DNA of 64,000 nucleotides from Marsupella aquatica (Eukaryota > Plantae > Marchantiophyta): the NCBI GenBank assembly GCA_973895155.1, contig OZ316898.1, positions 21,478,122-21,542,121 of the forward strand. Direction: 5' to 3'. The translations under genes and the position numbers were made by a program. Each line of letters begins with the position of its first letter. Position 1 is the first letter of the stretch. Positions 1 through 13,059 of the stretch are shown in pieces. The notes under the pieces were generated by a model that worked only from the letters and a program-made list of their open reading frames with translations, did no database searches and was not told the origin of the DNA.

Positions 1-436
1 AGGCAACTTCAAAAATTAGACCTGTCCAGCTTTGCGCATTTTTAATTTCATTTCTATTGGCTAAAAAAGGTGTGAATTTATTGCCTGATAGTATAGACAT
101 AGCCGTATACTCTGGTAAAAGATCAGTGCCACTAGAGCTTCAAGTTGAGAAATAACAACGTACAAATATATATAAAATAGACAAAGCTAACCAGTGATCA
201 GTTTGCTGCACTTTACACAAATGTCTTCTATATAAGGCCGATGTCACCTAAGATGATTTCACCTAAGCTGATTTACCTAAGTTGACCTTAAGTTAACCTC
301 ACCTAAGCAGATCTGACCTCAGCCAAAATTTATCTGGTTAGTTTGTTGCAAATTAAAAGACATGATTAATGCCTTCTAACAACTGTTTCCATGGTATGTG
401 AAGGGTTGTGAAGTGAATCAATGTGTTTTTGCATAT

Positions 437-1052
437 GGATGGACATTCTTATATATTGCTAGTTGTGGTGATATACACATATGAACGAACCAGTGTACAG
501 GTATGTTGACTTAGAGATGTATGGTTAACCCAGTTTAGGGTTTGTCCATGATCAAAATAAAAACACATACATTGGCCATATCTTTGGCAAGTCACAACCT
601 GAGCTCCGTGACACAATACTCTTGAATTCTCTCTCCACTCTCCAACTCTCGACCATTGATATCTAGTGTCAGCACAATGAAGTGTTCCTCCAAGGTATAG
701 GCCCTCTAACTAGTCTAACCTCAGCAGCACTTAAACATGGTTAAGTTTTGCTCAGACAGTTAACTTATTTAGCTAATTGCTCTAGTTAAGTATCAACAAG
801 TTGTTAACCCTTTCTACTTTCAACAATGTTGTAATGGATGGGGCTCTTGTAAAAGAACCCTACACCCTGATTCTCCCCTGCCCTCCCACCCCCACCCCCT
901 TCCCCTAATCACATCAAACAACTTTACTAATTTTTTAGCACCAAACAGAGTTTGCCTTTAATTTGGTAGAGTTCATTTGATAGAAAAGTGGTTGGAAAAT
1001 GAAAGGTCAATGTTACTAACAAATCCCAACTAGACCCACATAGTTACTGGTT
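437..1052. repeat. Dispersed ~600-bp repeat, copy 1 (copy 2 at ~5200-5976)
   Basis: Shared blocks such as cccagtttagggt and caatgttactaaca(a/g)atcccaactagacccacata occur in both copies. Confidence 0.85.
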
Positions 1053-2449
1053 TTTTTATGTTAATGTCAATTCCAAATCCCTGGCACGAGGATGGTGACA
1101 AACAGGACAGAGCTTCTCTGAAAAAAAAAAGGTTGTTGTCATGTTTTGTGTTCATATTCGTTTAAATATATTATTGGGAGCCATTCCTTAAGTATTAAGC
1201 GTAAAACAAATCAGGAGAAAAAGGAAGAGATGTCATTTAGTAAAATAAAGTTACCATTTTGATTTTATTATTTAGAGATATAATTATGAAATCAAAATCA
1301 GAACAGAAAAAAGTTCTTCCTCTACTCCTTTGCTAAAGTTCCCACCCACTAATTTATTTTTTTAACCCTTTATTTTAAAGGAGAAATTGGTATTAGTCAG
1401 TCGCAACATTTGAACCCAATACCTATTAGTCTCCAGTCAAGTGAGTGACCACACGTGAGTGACCACACAGCCATGCTAAGACTTCCCACCCATTTTTAAA
1501 CATAAATCTATAATTATATTTTAGTAATTATTGGCTGAACTTTCAACTTTGCTTTGTGATGTTCGAATGCTTCCAAGCTCTTTTCTGTGCATACTTTCTT
1601 CACATAAATACCTTATACTCTCTCCCTCAACAAGGTACAGTTTATGCAAAGGCAAGGGCATTCTGGGTACATAGTACCTTCAAGAAGGTAATCCATGAGG
1701 AGATCCTATTATCTGCTACCAGAAAGGGCCCAAACCTCGAAATGTATGAGAAGAGAGTATAAAATGGCCTGGCCTGGGAGTCAGGGGACTCACAGTTGTC
1801 CATGTATTTTGGGTTCAACTTATTTTATTTTTATTTTTATGTAGAGGGTGGCGCTTGGCATTGATTTCAGACTTTGTCCAGAATTTCTATAGTACTCTCT
1901 TTAGGTTTTACGTGGTTTGAAATTTTCACTTACATTTATCTATTTTATAGTCCTTTTCTGCAATGGAGACTCCTGACCTTCCTAATTGACCTTGTAAACG
2001 GCCTCCTCCGGAAGGTACCCACCGACCGGGTCCCACAGGAGGTTTGGGATGAGTGGGACGACCGGGCAGCGTAATCCTAAACTATACACTGTTGCTCCTT
2101 TTTTCCCGTGGTCGTCATTCAAAAATGCAGTGCCAACAAAAAAAGGTAATCAATAGACACAAAGGATAAAACCAAAAACGAATTAAATATAGAGTGGACC
2201 ATAAGTACAGTAAATGTTTTCAATATTAATTTAAAACTAATTATTAAAATTGAGTTTTAAAGAATTGGATATTAGCCTGAAAGTTGTTTTGGTAAAACTT
2301 GAGTATAAATAAAATGTATACAATATTAATTACTCTAAAAAATTTAAGAACTAATTTTTTGTATCATTCGGTTGTGCTTGGACTCTATGCTACAGTGACC
2401 GTTATCTCGCCTCTTCAATTTCTATGTGCAAATGCATGAGTTGTTGAAC

Positions 2450-3320
2450 ACCACCACAACTCTACCTTGCCTTGACATCTCTCATCTTGCCTCACATTTA
2501 CTTCTTTATCTCACCAAGACAATTTTTTTCTCATTTGACTCGACATCTTGTAAGTCCTTGATTTTTGTTTCTCTCCTCCATATATTTTATCATTTGACTC
2601 GACATGTTTTCCTCACCTCCACATGTTTTCTCTCCTCAACAAATTTTCCTCATCATTACATTCAACTTTTTCTCACATCGCCATGTTTTCTCTCCTGGAC
2701 ATGTTTTTTTCACCTTGACTTCTTTGCCTCACGTCAACATCTCTTTTTCTCATTGAATGTCAATTTGTTTTCACCTCAACATCTGACCTTTTCCTCATTG
2801 TCACATTTTTATCTCACCACAACATCTTTCCCTTATCTCCACATATTTCTCTCACATTGCCCTTTTCTCTTCTTGATATATTTTTTGCTCGAACTCTTTT
2901 TCTCAGCTCGACATCTCTTTTTCTCGTGAAAATCTTTGTTCACCTCGACATCTTCTCCTCTCCTCGACATCTTTATCTCACCTCAACATCTTTCCTCTCC
3001 CTTGACATCTTTTTCTCACTTCAACTACTTTTTCTCACCACACCATGTTTTGTGCAACTTTTGTCTTAACAACATAGTTTTTACTTAACCACAACTTTTC
3101 TCTTAATTAACAACATCTTGGGTGCCACAACATCTTTTTTATTAACTACATCTTGGGTGACACAACATCTTTTTTCTTATGTACATCTTGGGTGCCACGA
3201 CATTTTTTTCGTAACGACATCTTGGGTGACACAACATCTTTTTTCTTAAAGACACCTTGGGGTGACACCACATTAGTTTTCTTCAGAACATCTTCGGCGA
3301 CACGACATTTTCTTTCTCCT
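2450..3320 (-). repeat. Pyrimidine-rich satellite built on ACATC motifs (35-bp period at 3110-3320)
   Basis: catcttggg recurs at 3114, 3149, 3184 and 3219; it is the reverse complement of the 3540-4512 array. Confidence 0.85.
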
Positions 3321-3539
3321 TGATTGCACTACCTTGAGGAAGCACACACTGTCACACTGAGGTAGAGGTGAGAGGAAGCACGATACTGACCACCTCATTC
3401 TTTTATCATCAAAATGCGATGGCATGATCCGATGGCTATATATGTATCCGCCAAAATTGTTTGTGTGAAAGGACGACGTTGCCCAAAAGGGCGGGATCGA
3501 GTATTATAGAATAAGTAGCTCAATACCTGTGCGTTGCAC

Positions 3540-4512
3540 AAAAGAAGTCGTGTCGGCCAAGATGTCATTGAGAAAATGTTGAGCATAGACGACATTCGCA
3601 ATTACAAGCCCATGAACCATCCAACGCAAAATAGTCGACACAGAGAGATACGTGGTTCACCTCCACATGAGGCTACGTCCACGGGAACACACAAGAGCTT
3701 TACTGCACTCTAGTCCGACCGGCCATACCAAGCATCCACAGCACAAGCTCTCCCTATCTCTCAACTAGCTCTGTAACAATGAGCCTAAGTTCCTCCAGGG
3801 TCTGGCATCAGCCCTGGCTATATGCACACCAGCACTACCGCTAACATTAGCTAAGTCCTAACCCGAGTTAGACTAACTGTGGTTAGCTCATGAGTCACAA
3901 GACTAGAGCAATGTCTAACAGAAAAATGATGTAGTGTCAGCCAAGAGGTCGTGGAGAAAAAAGATGTAGTGTTGCCTAGGAGGTCATGGAGAGAAAAGAT
4001 ATTGTTTTGCCCAAGAGGTTGTGGAGAGAAAAGATGTTGTGTTGCCCAAGAGGTCGTTGAGAGAAACGATGTCATGTTGCCCAAGAGGTCGTTGAGAGTA
4101 AAGATGTTGTGTCGCCCAAGAGGTCATTGAGAGAAGAGAAGTTGTGTTGGTCAAGATGTCGTTCAGAAAAAAAGATGTTGTATTGGCCATGAGGTCGTTC
4201 AAAGAAAATATGTAGTGTCAACCAAGAGGTCGTGGAGAAAAAAGATGTCTTGTCGCCCAAGAGGTCATTGAGAAATAAAGATGTCGAGTCGGCCAAGAAG
4301 ACGTTGAGAAAAAAAGATGTCGTGTTCACCAAAGAGATCATTGAACAAAAAAATGTCATGTTGGCCAAGAAGTGGTTGAGAAAAAAGACGATGTGTCGGC
4401 CAAGATGTCGTTGAGAAAAAATTGTCATGTTGGCGAAGATGTTGAGAAAAAAACTTAATGTCGGCCAAGACATCGTTCACGGAAAATACCTGTGCTTTGC
4501 ACAAAAGATGTT
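3540..4512 (+). repeat. 35-bp satellite (ccaagaggtcgttgagagaaaagatgttgtgttgc), interrupted by a solo LTR
   Basis: Units start at 3941, 3976, 4011, 4046 and onward; related arrays lie at ~5975-6185 and ~29900-30310. Confidence 0.9.
3577..3920. mobile_element. Solo LTR (344 bp)
   Basis: TGTTG...TAACA termini, perfect 5-bp TSD GAAAA, homologous to 22384-22725. Confidence 0.92.
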
Positions 4513-5160
4513 GTTACGGGTCTAGTTAGAGACGCTTGTAATTCTGAAAATCCACATCACCTCATAAATTCTTAACCATTGGAATATTGGATCTATGTAA
4601 TTGGACCATCTAGATTCTTTTCATGTGTGAACACTTGTGTGAGCAGTTAGGTGGGACAAAAGTGTCACTTCAATTCTCAGCCATTGGATGTTTTTGATTG
4701 GAGCATCTAGATGCTTGCATGGGGGAACACATGTGGGACAAAAATGAGAACTAAGATCAGATTGCATTAGATAATGTGCATGCATTCATGTTATGCCAAA
4801 ATAGATGCATGTATATTTCTCTCCCATTTTTCTTAACCATACCATGCCAAGTGAATGAGTGTACAATTAACTTTCCCCCCATTCTACGCCTCCACATCTA
4901 TTCTCCACCAGATCATCATCATCAAACACTACAAGATCCCCCAGCCCCCCCGAAATCCCCCCTTTTTCTTCAACTTTTGTCCTTTATAAATGAGGAAAGA
5001 GTGTGACTCAGAAGAGGGTATTTCAAATACTAAAATCTCAAAGATTCTAATAACTTAGGAGGATTTTCTATAGAACTAAAATTACTTTTTAGAACAAACA
5101 AGATAGATTTAAATGTTCCTCCAAAATATAAGAAGGGGTACCTGGGAGGCTTCGGTCACA
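4512..5160. mobile_element. Possible LTR remnant
   Basis: TGTTAC...GTCACA ends and an internal TATA-like tttataaa at ~4984; no TSD found. Confidence 0.3.
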
Positions 5161-5199
5161 TGTATATCTCATTACATTTCCCTTAGTGAGGGCCCAGGG

Positions 5200-5976
5200 G
5201 GATGTACATCCTTAATATTGTCAGTTATTTTGAGATACAATTGGCCCACCATGTTGTCACATGGAACTAGTGTACAATATACAATCTATTTTGACATAGA
5301 GATGTTTAGTTCGCCCAGTTTAGGGTGCATCTATGACCCAAAGAAAAAAATCACTCTACACTAACACCATACATTGTAATTGAGCAGCAAATTAACAACT
5401 TGTTACAATTGCTCCATCCATTTACAACATTGTTGAGCAGCAAATTAACAACTTGTTGATACATAACTCTGGCAAGTGGTTACATGGGGTTAACTGGAGC
5501 ACAATTTAATCACGGATAAGTGTTGCTTAGGTTAGACTAGTGGAGAAGGCCCATACCTTGGAGGAACACTTTATTGTGCTCACACTAGAGATCAATGGTC
5601 AAGAGTTGGAGACTGGAAAGAGAGAAGAATATTGTGTCATGGAGCTCAGTTTGTGACTACCGTAGCCAATGTATGGTGTTAGTGTATAGTGAATTTTTCC
5701 TCCTTAGGACTGACTAGTGGAGAAGGCCTATACATTGTTACAATTGCTCCATCCATTACAACATTGAGCAATTGTAAAAAAGGACACACACGCACTCCAA
5801 TCCTCCCCCACTTAACCCTAAACCTACCCCCCTTTCCCTTTACCACATCAAACAACTTTCCTAATTTTGGCACCAAACAAATTTTGCCTTTCGGTAGAGT
5901 CCAATTGATAGAAAAATGGTCAGAAAATTAAAGCTCAATGTTACTAACAGATCCCAACTAGACCCACATACTGGTT
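5200..5976. repeat. Dispersed repeat, copy 2, with an internal inversion relative to copy 1
   Basis: 5400-5680 is the reverse complement of ~565-850, while the flanks are in direct orientation. Confidence 0.85.
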
Positions 5977-6380
5977 AAGAAATAAGATGTCCTGTTGCCC
6001 AAGATGTTGTTAAGTGAAAGATGTCACAAAGTAAAAAGATGTCTTAAAGAAAAAGTAGTTTTGCCATACATGCCATTGTGTGAAAGATGTTATTAAGAAA
6101 AATGTGTCATTTTGCCAAAGATATCGTGAAGTAAAAGATGTTAAAAGAAAAATGGTGTTATTTCACCCAAGCTATCGTTCTGTGAAAGCTACAAAATAAC
6201 TACAGTAGCACATGCAAGTACTTTAAGATATATTATATCTACCTTGTACAATAACTTACATACCTACCTTGTAATATAACTTACAGCCAATTTTAGGTTC
6301 CCATCTCACTCAATCCAAGAGCCATAAATAATTCAAGAAAATATCTGATGGCTTAGTTTTGTTCCCTCCTTCTTCATTTT

Positions 6381-6832
6381 TGTAACGGGACGAAGGACTA
6401 AAACTGGCGGGATTCGTTATTATAGTAGAAGATAAAAGAAAGATAGAAGAAAGAAGATGAATTATAAAAACAACAATCATTCATTTCATGTGTATGTGCA
6501 AATCTTTTTTTTCGAGCTATATCATGTGTATGCGCAAATCTTTCTTTCAATGCACATATACTTTAAACTCGAGAAGGCCTACACCCAGACCCTAGCTTCC
6601 CCTTGGCACTTTCTTTTGAGTAAGTTAAGCCGGTCGTGTGCCGGCTGTACGTTGTGGAAAGTATGAGTGAGACTGTGCGCAAAAGGCATGTGTGATCAAG
6701 CAGAGGGAGTCCGTATGCCGACCCAAGTATGCTCTGAGACACCTGGGAGGTTGTATAAACCATAACTTACACCGTATGCCTTTGATCGTGTTGATTGGCC
6801 CACATTGACCCTGACAGGATTCCCTTCCTCCT
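6381..6832 (-). mobile_element. 3' LTR (6381-6816) with polypurine tract (6820-6832) of a minus-strand LTR element
   Basis: Minus strand reads AGGAGGAAGGGAA-TCC-TGTCAGGG...CCCGTTACA; no partner LTR seen in the window. Confidence 0.65.
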
Positions 6833-7449
6833 GAAAGCCCTCAAAGATGCAGACTAACCAGACACGTGAGAGATATCGTTATCAATAAACGCATGACGTT
6901 AAAGGTAGAGTAAACTACAAGATAATAATACGGCGATGAGTCTGGATCATAAATAACTCGAAAGAGAATCGTGGCCGTCCACATTTGAGCACGCAGCCGC
7001 CAAAATTGAATCCTGAGGTACGAGCATACTCATTACATGCAGTCAATGCACAGGTCAGATTCAGGGCATAGACCATCAGTACTTCCTTCGTACAAGACCA
7101 ATCGTAAGTGGGAAAGGAACTTGGAGGCCGAATACGTTCTGGACGGTGTGTGTATAGATTGCGAGTAAGGAGTTACCAAAGCGAAAACCCGGTGGGCTAA
7201 ACTTTGGAAAAGAGTTCCCGACCACAAAGTTCCCCTCGGAGAAGTGCTCTTCGTTGTTGGAAGGCTACGTGTATGCGGGAAAATTGTGAACAGTCGGACA
7301 ATAAATCGGATTGTGAAAAGAGGTAGTGGGAGATTCGATCACCTTCAACCCGGGCTCAATTTGCAATTCCGGGAAGTCAGAAATAGGCCCCTTTGCTTTG
7401 ACCGAAACGGCTTTGGTGCAAAATTGGTTGTCATAGGAGCTGCGAAATC

Positions 7450-9812
7450 GTGATGGGCAGAAACAAAAAGGAAACGGTTGCTCGGAATAAGAAGATGAGA
7501 GAAGAACCACCACCATCATGCGGAATCATCCACACCAGCGTACCTCATGCAGAGGAAACCATCGATCGGTTGCGAGCAAATTTAACCACGATGGGCCTTG
7601 TGAATTTGATTCGTGTGCCATGGGGGATAAAGTCGAGCGCTATCGTGGAGGATGTGTGGATGCGAGGCATGCGAAGAGAATCCAAAGATACAACAATTCG
7701 TGGAAACCCTGATCAGTGGACTGAGAAGCTCATTGCCGAGGTCTATGATTTGAAGTCGAAAGGAGAAGGTATGTTGAGATGCATTGATTTGACTGGACCT
7801 TACTTCGCAGGAAAGAAAAATGTACGTATCGGCTGGAATCTGGAACAATGTGCTGATAAATTGAACCTCCTACCTTTGCTGGAATTTCTGGTTCCTATTT
7901 TAAATCCGGAACGTCAGAATAGAGCACCCGTAGCTCTGGCCAGCACCATCATCGCTTCTTGGAAGGGACAGAAGGTGATCAACTGGGCGAATGTGCTCTG
8001 CTCCGTGATCAAGACGCAGATTTTGTCAATGAGGTCTGGTTCCTTCACTTGGATTGCTGTTTACCTTTCCCATGTGTACGCGCACAAGAAATGTTTGACA
8101 GCACCCGAGTTGATTGAGTGGAAGCTTCATCTTGCCTACCTGGAGAATGGAGAGAGGGATCCCGATGCGGATACCACGCCCGAATCGGAAGGCGAATCAA
8201 GCGAAGACGAGCCCGGTGAATCGGAGGACGAGGCGAAAGTCGAGGTGAACCAGGAAAATCCCCGATGGGCCGTCTTTCTAAAGGAAAGTGAAGCGCTGTC
8301 TAAAATCTCTATGACCCAGTTGAAAATTCTGTCTGAATTAACTAGCTTAATCGGCTGTCCACCGGATCAATTGCTCAGCAAGTTTCAGGACTTTTCTTTC
8401 TTTTCCATCGAAGAGTTTACCAAGATAGATAAGGACAGATCGGAAGCTCTGATACGTGTGGAAACTCTGACTGCCGAGAAATTCAATCTCCAAGAGAAAT
8501 TCCAGATTCGTGTGGAAGCTCTGTCCGCGGAGAACCTCGATCTCCAAGAGAAAATACGGTGTGCTACTGCCAGGAGTTCTGATGTTTCTTTTACTCTAGA
8601 TCGGGCTCTAGATAAGCTGCGACCTCTGTTGGATGTTCCGGCGATTGACCTGATGAAAGCAAAGTTGTTTGATGAAGCACTCATGCAGCTCGATCACAAT
8701 GTAGCGGATAGAGTACTTAGATGCGCTACCAGCTTTGCATCTACAGTTCAGGTTTATTATGATGCCATGAGTGACCTGCACAAGGACTTGATGCGTACGG
8801 ATCCGAAGATCTAGGTAAGAAGCGGAAGTTGGATTTTCTTTCTGCTGCTTCGATTGATGCTACTTCATCCCGATCTCAATACGAGTCTACGGCAAAAATA
8901 TCTGCATGCCCACCTTCCGTACCATCACCTACTACCTCTGTCTATGCGTCCCTAGCACCTACTGCTGAGCTTCCGAAGCTTCCGGCCGCGAGTGTGTCAT
9001 TGAAGAAGGAAGAGGAGGATGAGAATTTTAGGCGGAAGTTCACTTTGTTCAGGCAAGAAGCTTCCCGATTTGAGATGCCGATCTTGGAGTTTTGGCGCTA
9101 CTATTACCATCGTGTTTTAGAGATTTCTGTGTTGCTCAACATTGTTCCCGGTGGTTCGGTCACCCTCGAGCATTGCGATCTGGAGAGATACTGGACATTA
9201 TGTAAACAATATCAACCTCTACTCGCTTTTATGTTGCTGTACGGTGATCTGTCCGTGGTAAAGGTTGAGGCTGCCTTTGCCTACTTTGGCAACTTGCCTT
9301 TGTACTCGCTGCAATTCATTGTTGAATTCTTGGAGCAGACCAATGCCCAGGCTACTGTCGTCATTCCTACTGGCCCTGTGCATTCGGTTTCACCTCAGCT
9401 GTCTGCTACGGAGAAGCATACCATATGGGGTACTATTGCTGCTCAACGCAGGCTAGCACACTGCGAGCACTACAGGAACACTATGGAGTACCTTAGCCCT
9501 TTTGTCGAGACTTGGAAGGACGAACATAAATTTCGCACAGCTTACCCCTCTTATCATTATCATTCCTGTTCACGCATTGATTTGATCCGAATCTGGATGG
9601 AAGCTGCTCGAGTACATCGGATGTTCACAGAAAATGAGTTGCCAGATCTGAACCGCAACAGGCAGATTTGTTCCTTACCGTTTGCTGCTCACTATCCTGC
9701 CGTCCATGGCTTGGTGGAGAAATGCCTGGTCGAAAACTCGTTCGCTTCCCCTTCGTTCGATACCTTTGAGTCAGGCACCGCTGTTGTTGGATTCGATGCT
9801 GATGCGGTGTAG
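7450..9812 (+). pseudogene. Retroelement-associated accessory protein (N-terminal helical domain, acidic tract, coiled coil, C-terminal domain), split by one frameshift near 8810
   Basis: 454-aa and 327-aa ORFs; the second frame overlaps the end of the first (DLGKKRKLDF); antisense to the LTR/PPT at 6381-6832. Confidence 0.65.
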
Positions 9813-12098
9813 TTCCATGGCAATCTTCATGCTCTGGTTTTTACTCGAATTCAACATTTTTTTGCATCCAGACATATTTTCATGTAGTTTTATATGACTG
9901 TACTGTACTTATGTAGTTCATTCCTCATAGTTACGAGAATTTAGTTTTCCTCGGTGTGTCCTTCCGGATCACGCTTTCCTCACATACTCCTTGTGGGACG
10001 TCAGAGTGCTATACCAGTGAGTCCTACACTTTTGTAATTGTGCAACTTCTCGACCATGTAGGTCACTTCTTTTTGTAGAATGATGTATGTACTCGCAAGA
10101 ATCAGGCGATTTTCCCGTTGCCTCTATGATTCGAATATGGTTTGGAAATAAAAACCTCAGTCTTTGTTTTCATTTGCCATACATTAATGAGATGTTATTT
10201 TGCACGTTGGTTATGACTAGACGAATATATTATGATGTCTAGAGTGCAGTGCATGTGTGATGGGTATGAATAGTGTGTCAGTGATGAGGATGAGGGTTTC
10301 CAATTTACTTGTACGAGTAATGTGTTCTGTAGCTCCTTTGGGGTCAAGTGATTATTGACGGGTAACCTCTACAGCCGGTTCCCATCTGGAATCAAAAAGA
10401 GTACTGAGTGGCACTAGAGGCGTCGGAACCCCACTCTTTGGGGATTGTGTGTGTAAATTCTGCGGGGACCAAAAAAGACTATATGTGTAGCTAGAGGGGG
10501 GCGGCCTCTGAACCCCACTTTTGGGGATGATGTGTGTTCAAAAGCTTGGGGTGAGTTTCGAACCCGGCATCTGAGGTGGCCCACATTCTTTCCCTCTACC
10601 AGTAGCCCAGGGATTGCAGGATCAGGGTTTTTAGACTCTTTGAACCTCTTAGGTTCTCCGCCAAGGTTGTCAAGGTGATCTTTCATTTTTAGGGGCTTTA
10701 GGCTGCTGCCACGTTAGCCTTTGTGGCCTTGATTATATCTCATTAAAACTAGATTGTATTTATACATACGGTCTTTAAGATTTTTTCCTCGGGGTTTGCC
10801 CTGTGCAAGTTACAACTTCAGATCTTAACACGGTCGTGATGCATTAGGTCTTGCTAAAGTCTGTTTAATCAATGTTTCGTTCCTTAACAAACAGCTAAAG
10901 ACCTGGGTACATTGTGACACCAACAAACATGCACCCAAATGACACTCCGCAATCATAAAATGACAACAGAGTGACACATTTGGAATACCAACACTTTCAC
11001 GACAATCACACGACCAAGGGCACGACCACGGGCACGGCCAATGGACCCCACCCAATTGGTTCTCCCATTTCCTTGACATTACTTGGAATTATATTTTCTA
11101 CCCCAAAGCTCATAGTGTCTCTTGCTCATAAGATAATGATTTTTCTTTGCATACACTTCTATTTGCTATTTGCCCAAGTTCAATTTTGTGTCTCTTCTCT
11201 AGCTCTGAGAGTATTTTCTGTCTTGCCTCGACACCATTACACCTTGGCCTGGGCCTGGCCTCTCACCCCAACTCCAACCGCAAGTATTCTTGCATTGGAC
11301 TCCCCTTTTTTGTGGGGTCCAAGCTCTCCTCTCCCTCCCTTTGCCCCATGGAATGACAATCTATCTTTTGACTCTTTGTTCCGCTTGCAACAGCCTTCCT
11401 GATAACTACAAGTGGAGGGGGAGAGGAGGAAATGGAAGAGGTGGAGCAAGAATGAGGTAGAACAGGGAAGGGAGGAGGGCTATAATAATTGAAAAAATAG
11501 ACATAAATTAAGTGAAAATCCCCTTTCCCATCCACTGAAAGGTTTCTTGCTCCTTATTTGGATTTCAAACTTCAATTTTATTTTCGAATTCCTTGAAGTT
11601 TCTCATTCCTGACCCCCCCTGCTGACCTCACATCCCAATCACAAACCATGTTTGCCTCACCTCAACATCTTGCCCTCACCTCAAAATCTTGCCCTCACTC
11701 GAAATGTTTCGTGCAACGCGCGGGCATGGGGCTTGTATCCCATAAAGGGATACCCCTGGTCCTTAACTTTATACGTCCCGTAGAGGGTGGAGGGTGTATA
11801 GACTGTATGAGCACGGTGCATTTATTTTGACAGGGACATCCAATCCAGATTCCAGCCTGGACTACAAGCTTAGTCGTGCTAATAATGTAGAACAGTCATA
11901 GTTATTGTGCCTATCATTGTGTCCGTATAGTCGTAGTTATTGCTATCATTGTACAGTTGGATGTCCCTTTACTGCGCACTATACGTGTCAGTAGTTAAAA
12001 ATACCGCGAACAGGATCCAGCCGTCCAAGGCTACGATCTACAGCAGTAGTAGTGGCAAATCCTCCAGGCTGGCCACTTGGGGCGTCACTTGACTTATT

Positions 12099-12600
12099 CA
12101 GGGAGACGCTTCCCTCATTCCCTGCTTTGTCTTTCAAATATGCACCTCGATTTTCCCCCGCATCCCACCGGAATGCTCTCCCCATTTCAGTTCCAGGCCA
12201 GCCCCGTTTTTGGGTTCCGGTTCAGTTTTGAGGAGGGCACAGATTTTGTTAGTACATTCCAATGCTCGACTGTTCTAACCTATTCAAAAATAATGTAAAA
12301 CTAGCTATTTTAAATAATTCTAAAATTTTAAAAGTCAATGAGCATTGAGAATTGATGCCATAAGTAGTGTTTGACCTAGTGGTATTGGAGCTCAGTTGAG
12401 ACTACAAGGTGGTGTGTTCAAGGCACATAACGTGCATGGAAAGGTCTAATTGTACTTGAAAATGGAAATGGTAAAATGAGATATATATGGGGAGTTCAAG
12501 TAATGTGGAGATAGAAAAAATGGGGGAGAGCATTCCGGTGGGATGTGGGGGACAATCGAGGTGCATAATTGAATGACAAAGCAGGGAAAGTGTCGCCCTG
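12099..12600. mobile_element. Non-autonomous TIR element with ~85-bp imperfect TIRs (CAGGG...CCCTG ends, hAT-like)
   Basis: 12099-12187 is the reverse complement of 12518-12600; no clean TSD; a related lone TIR lies at ~38787-38836. Confidence 0.55.
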
Positions 12601-13059
12601 CATCTTTTGACTGGGGGTGAGTGAAATAGTGCGGGTGAAAATAGGGGGGAGGAGCCGGAAGCCTAAGGCAGAAGCGCCTCCAAGGCATGGTCCGATTGCG
12701 TTTAGTTTGGCGGCTGTCCGGGCAGAATTGCAAAGGGCCAAAGCCACCATAGCCGATCATGAGGCTCGAGCGGAAGGGCTACTGGTTAACCTTGAGAAAG
12801 TGTCCGGCCTTGTTGCCGTGCTGAAGGAAAGTGTGGGACCGGGGCCGCTGTACAGTGCCCGTAAATTGGGCGTTTAGGGTAATCTCTGCGAGTCCGATAA
12901 CAAGTTCTCCGAGGATTGAACATATGCTGTAGGGTTTAGGGTTTAGGTGAACCTGAACTTGACGACAGACAGACTGTAGACGTCAGAGTATGTGTCTCCT
13001 AGACGCCAGCCACGGGGCTTAGCACTATATTTAGTTCACAGAAGCACATGTTTGCTCTA

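Noticed and set aside
2426-4504. F/L/S-rich ORFs here and the repeated ORFs at 49133-50621
   Set aside because: Translations of satellites
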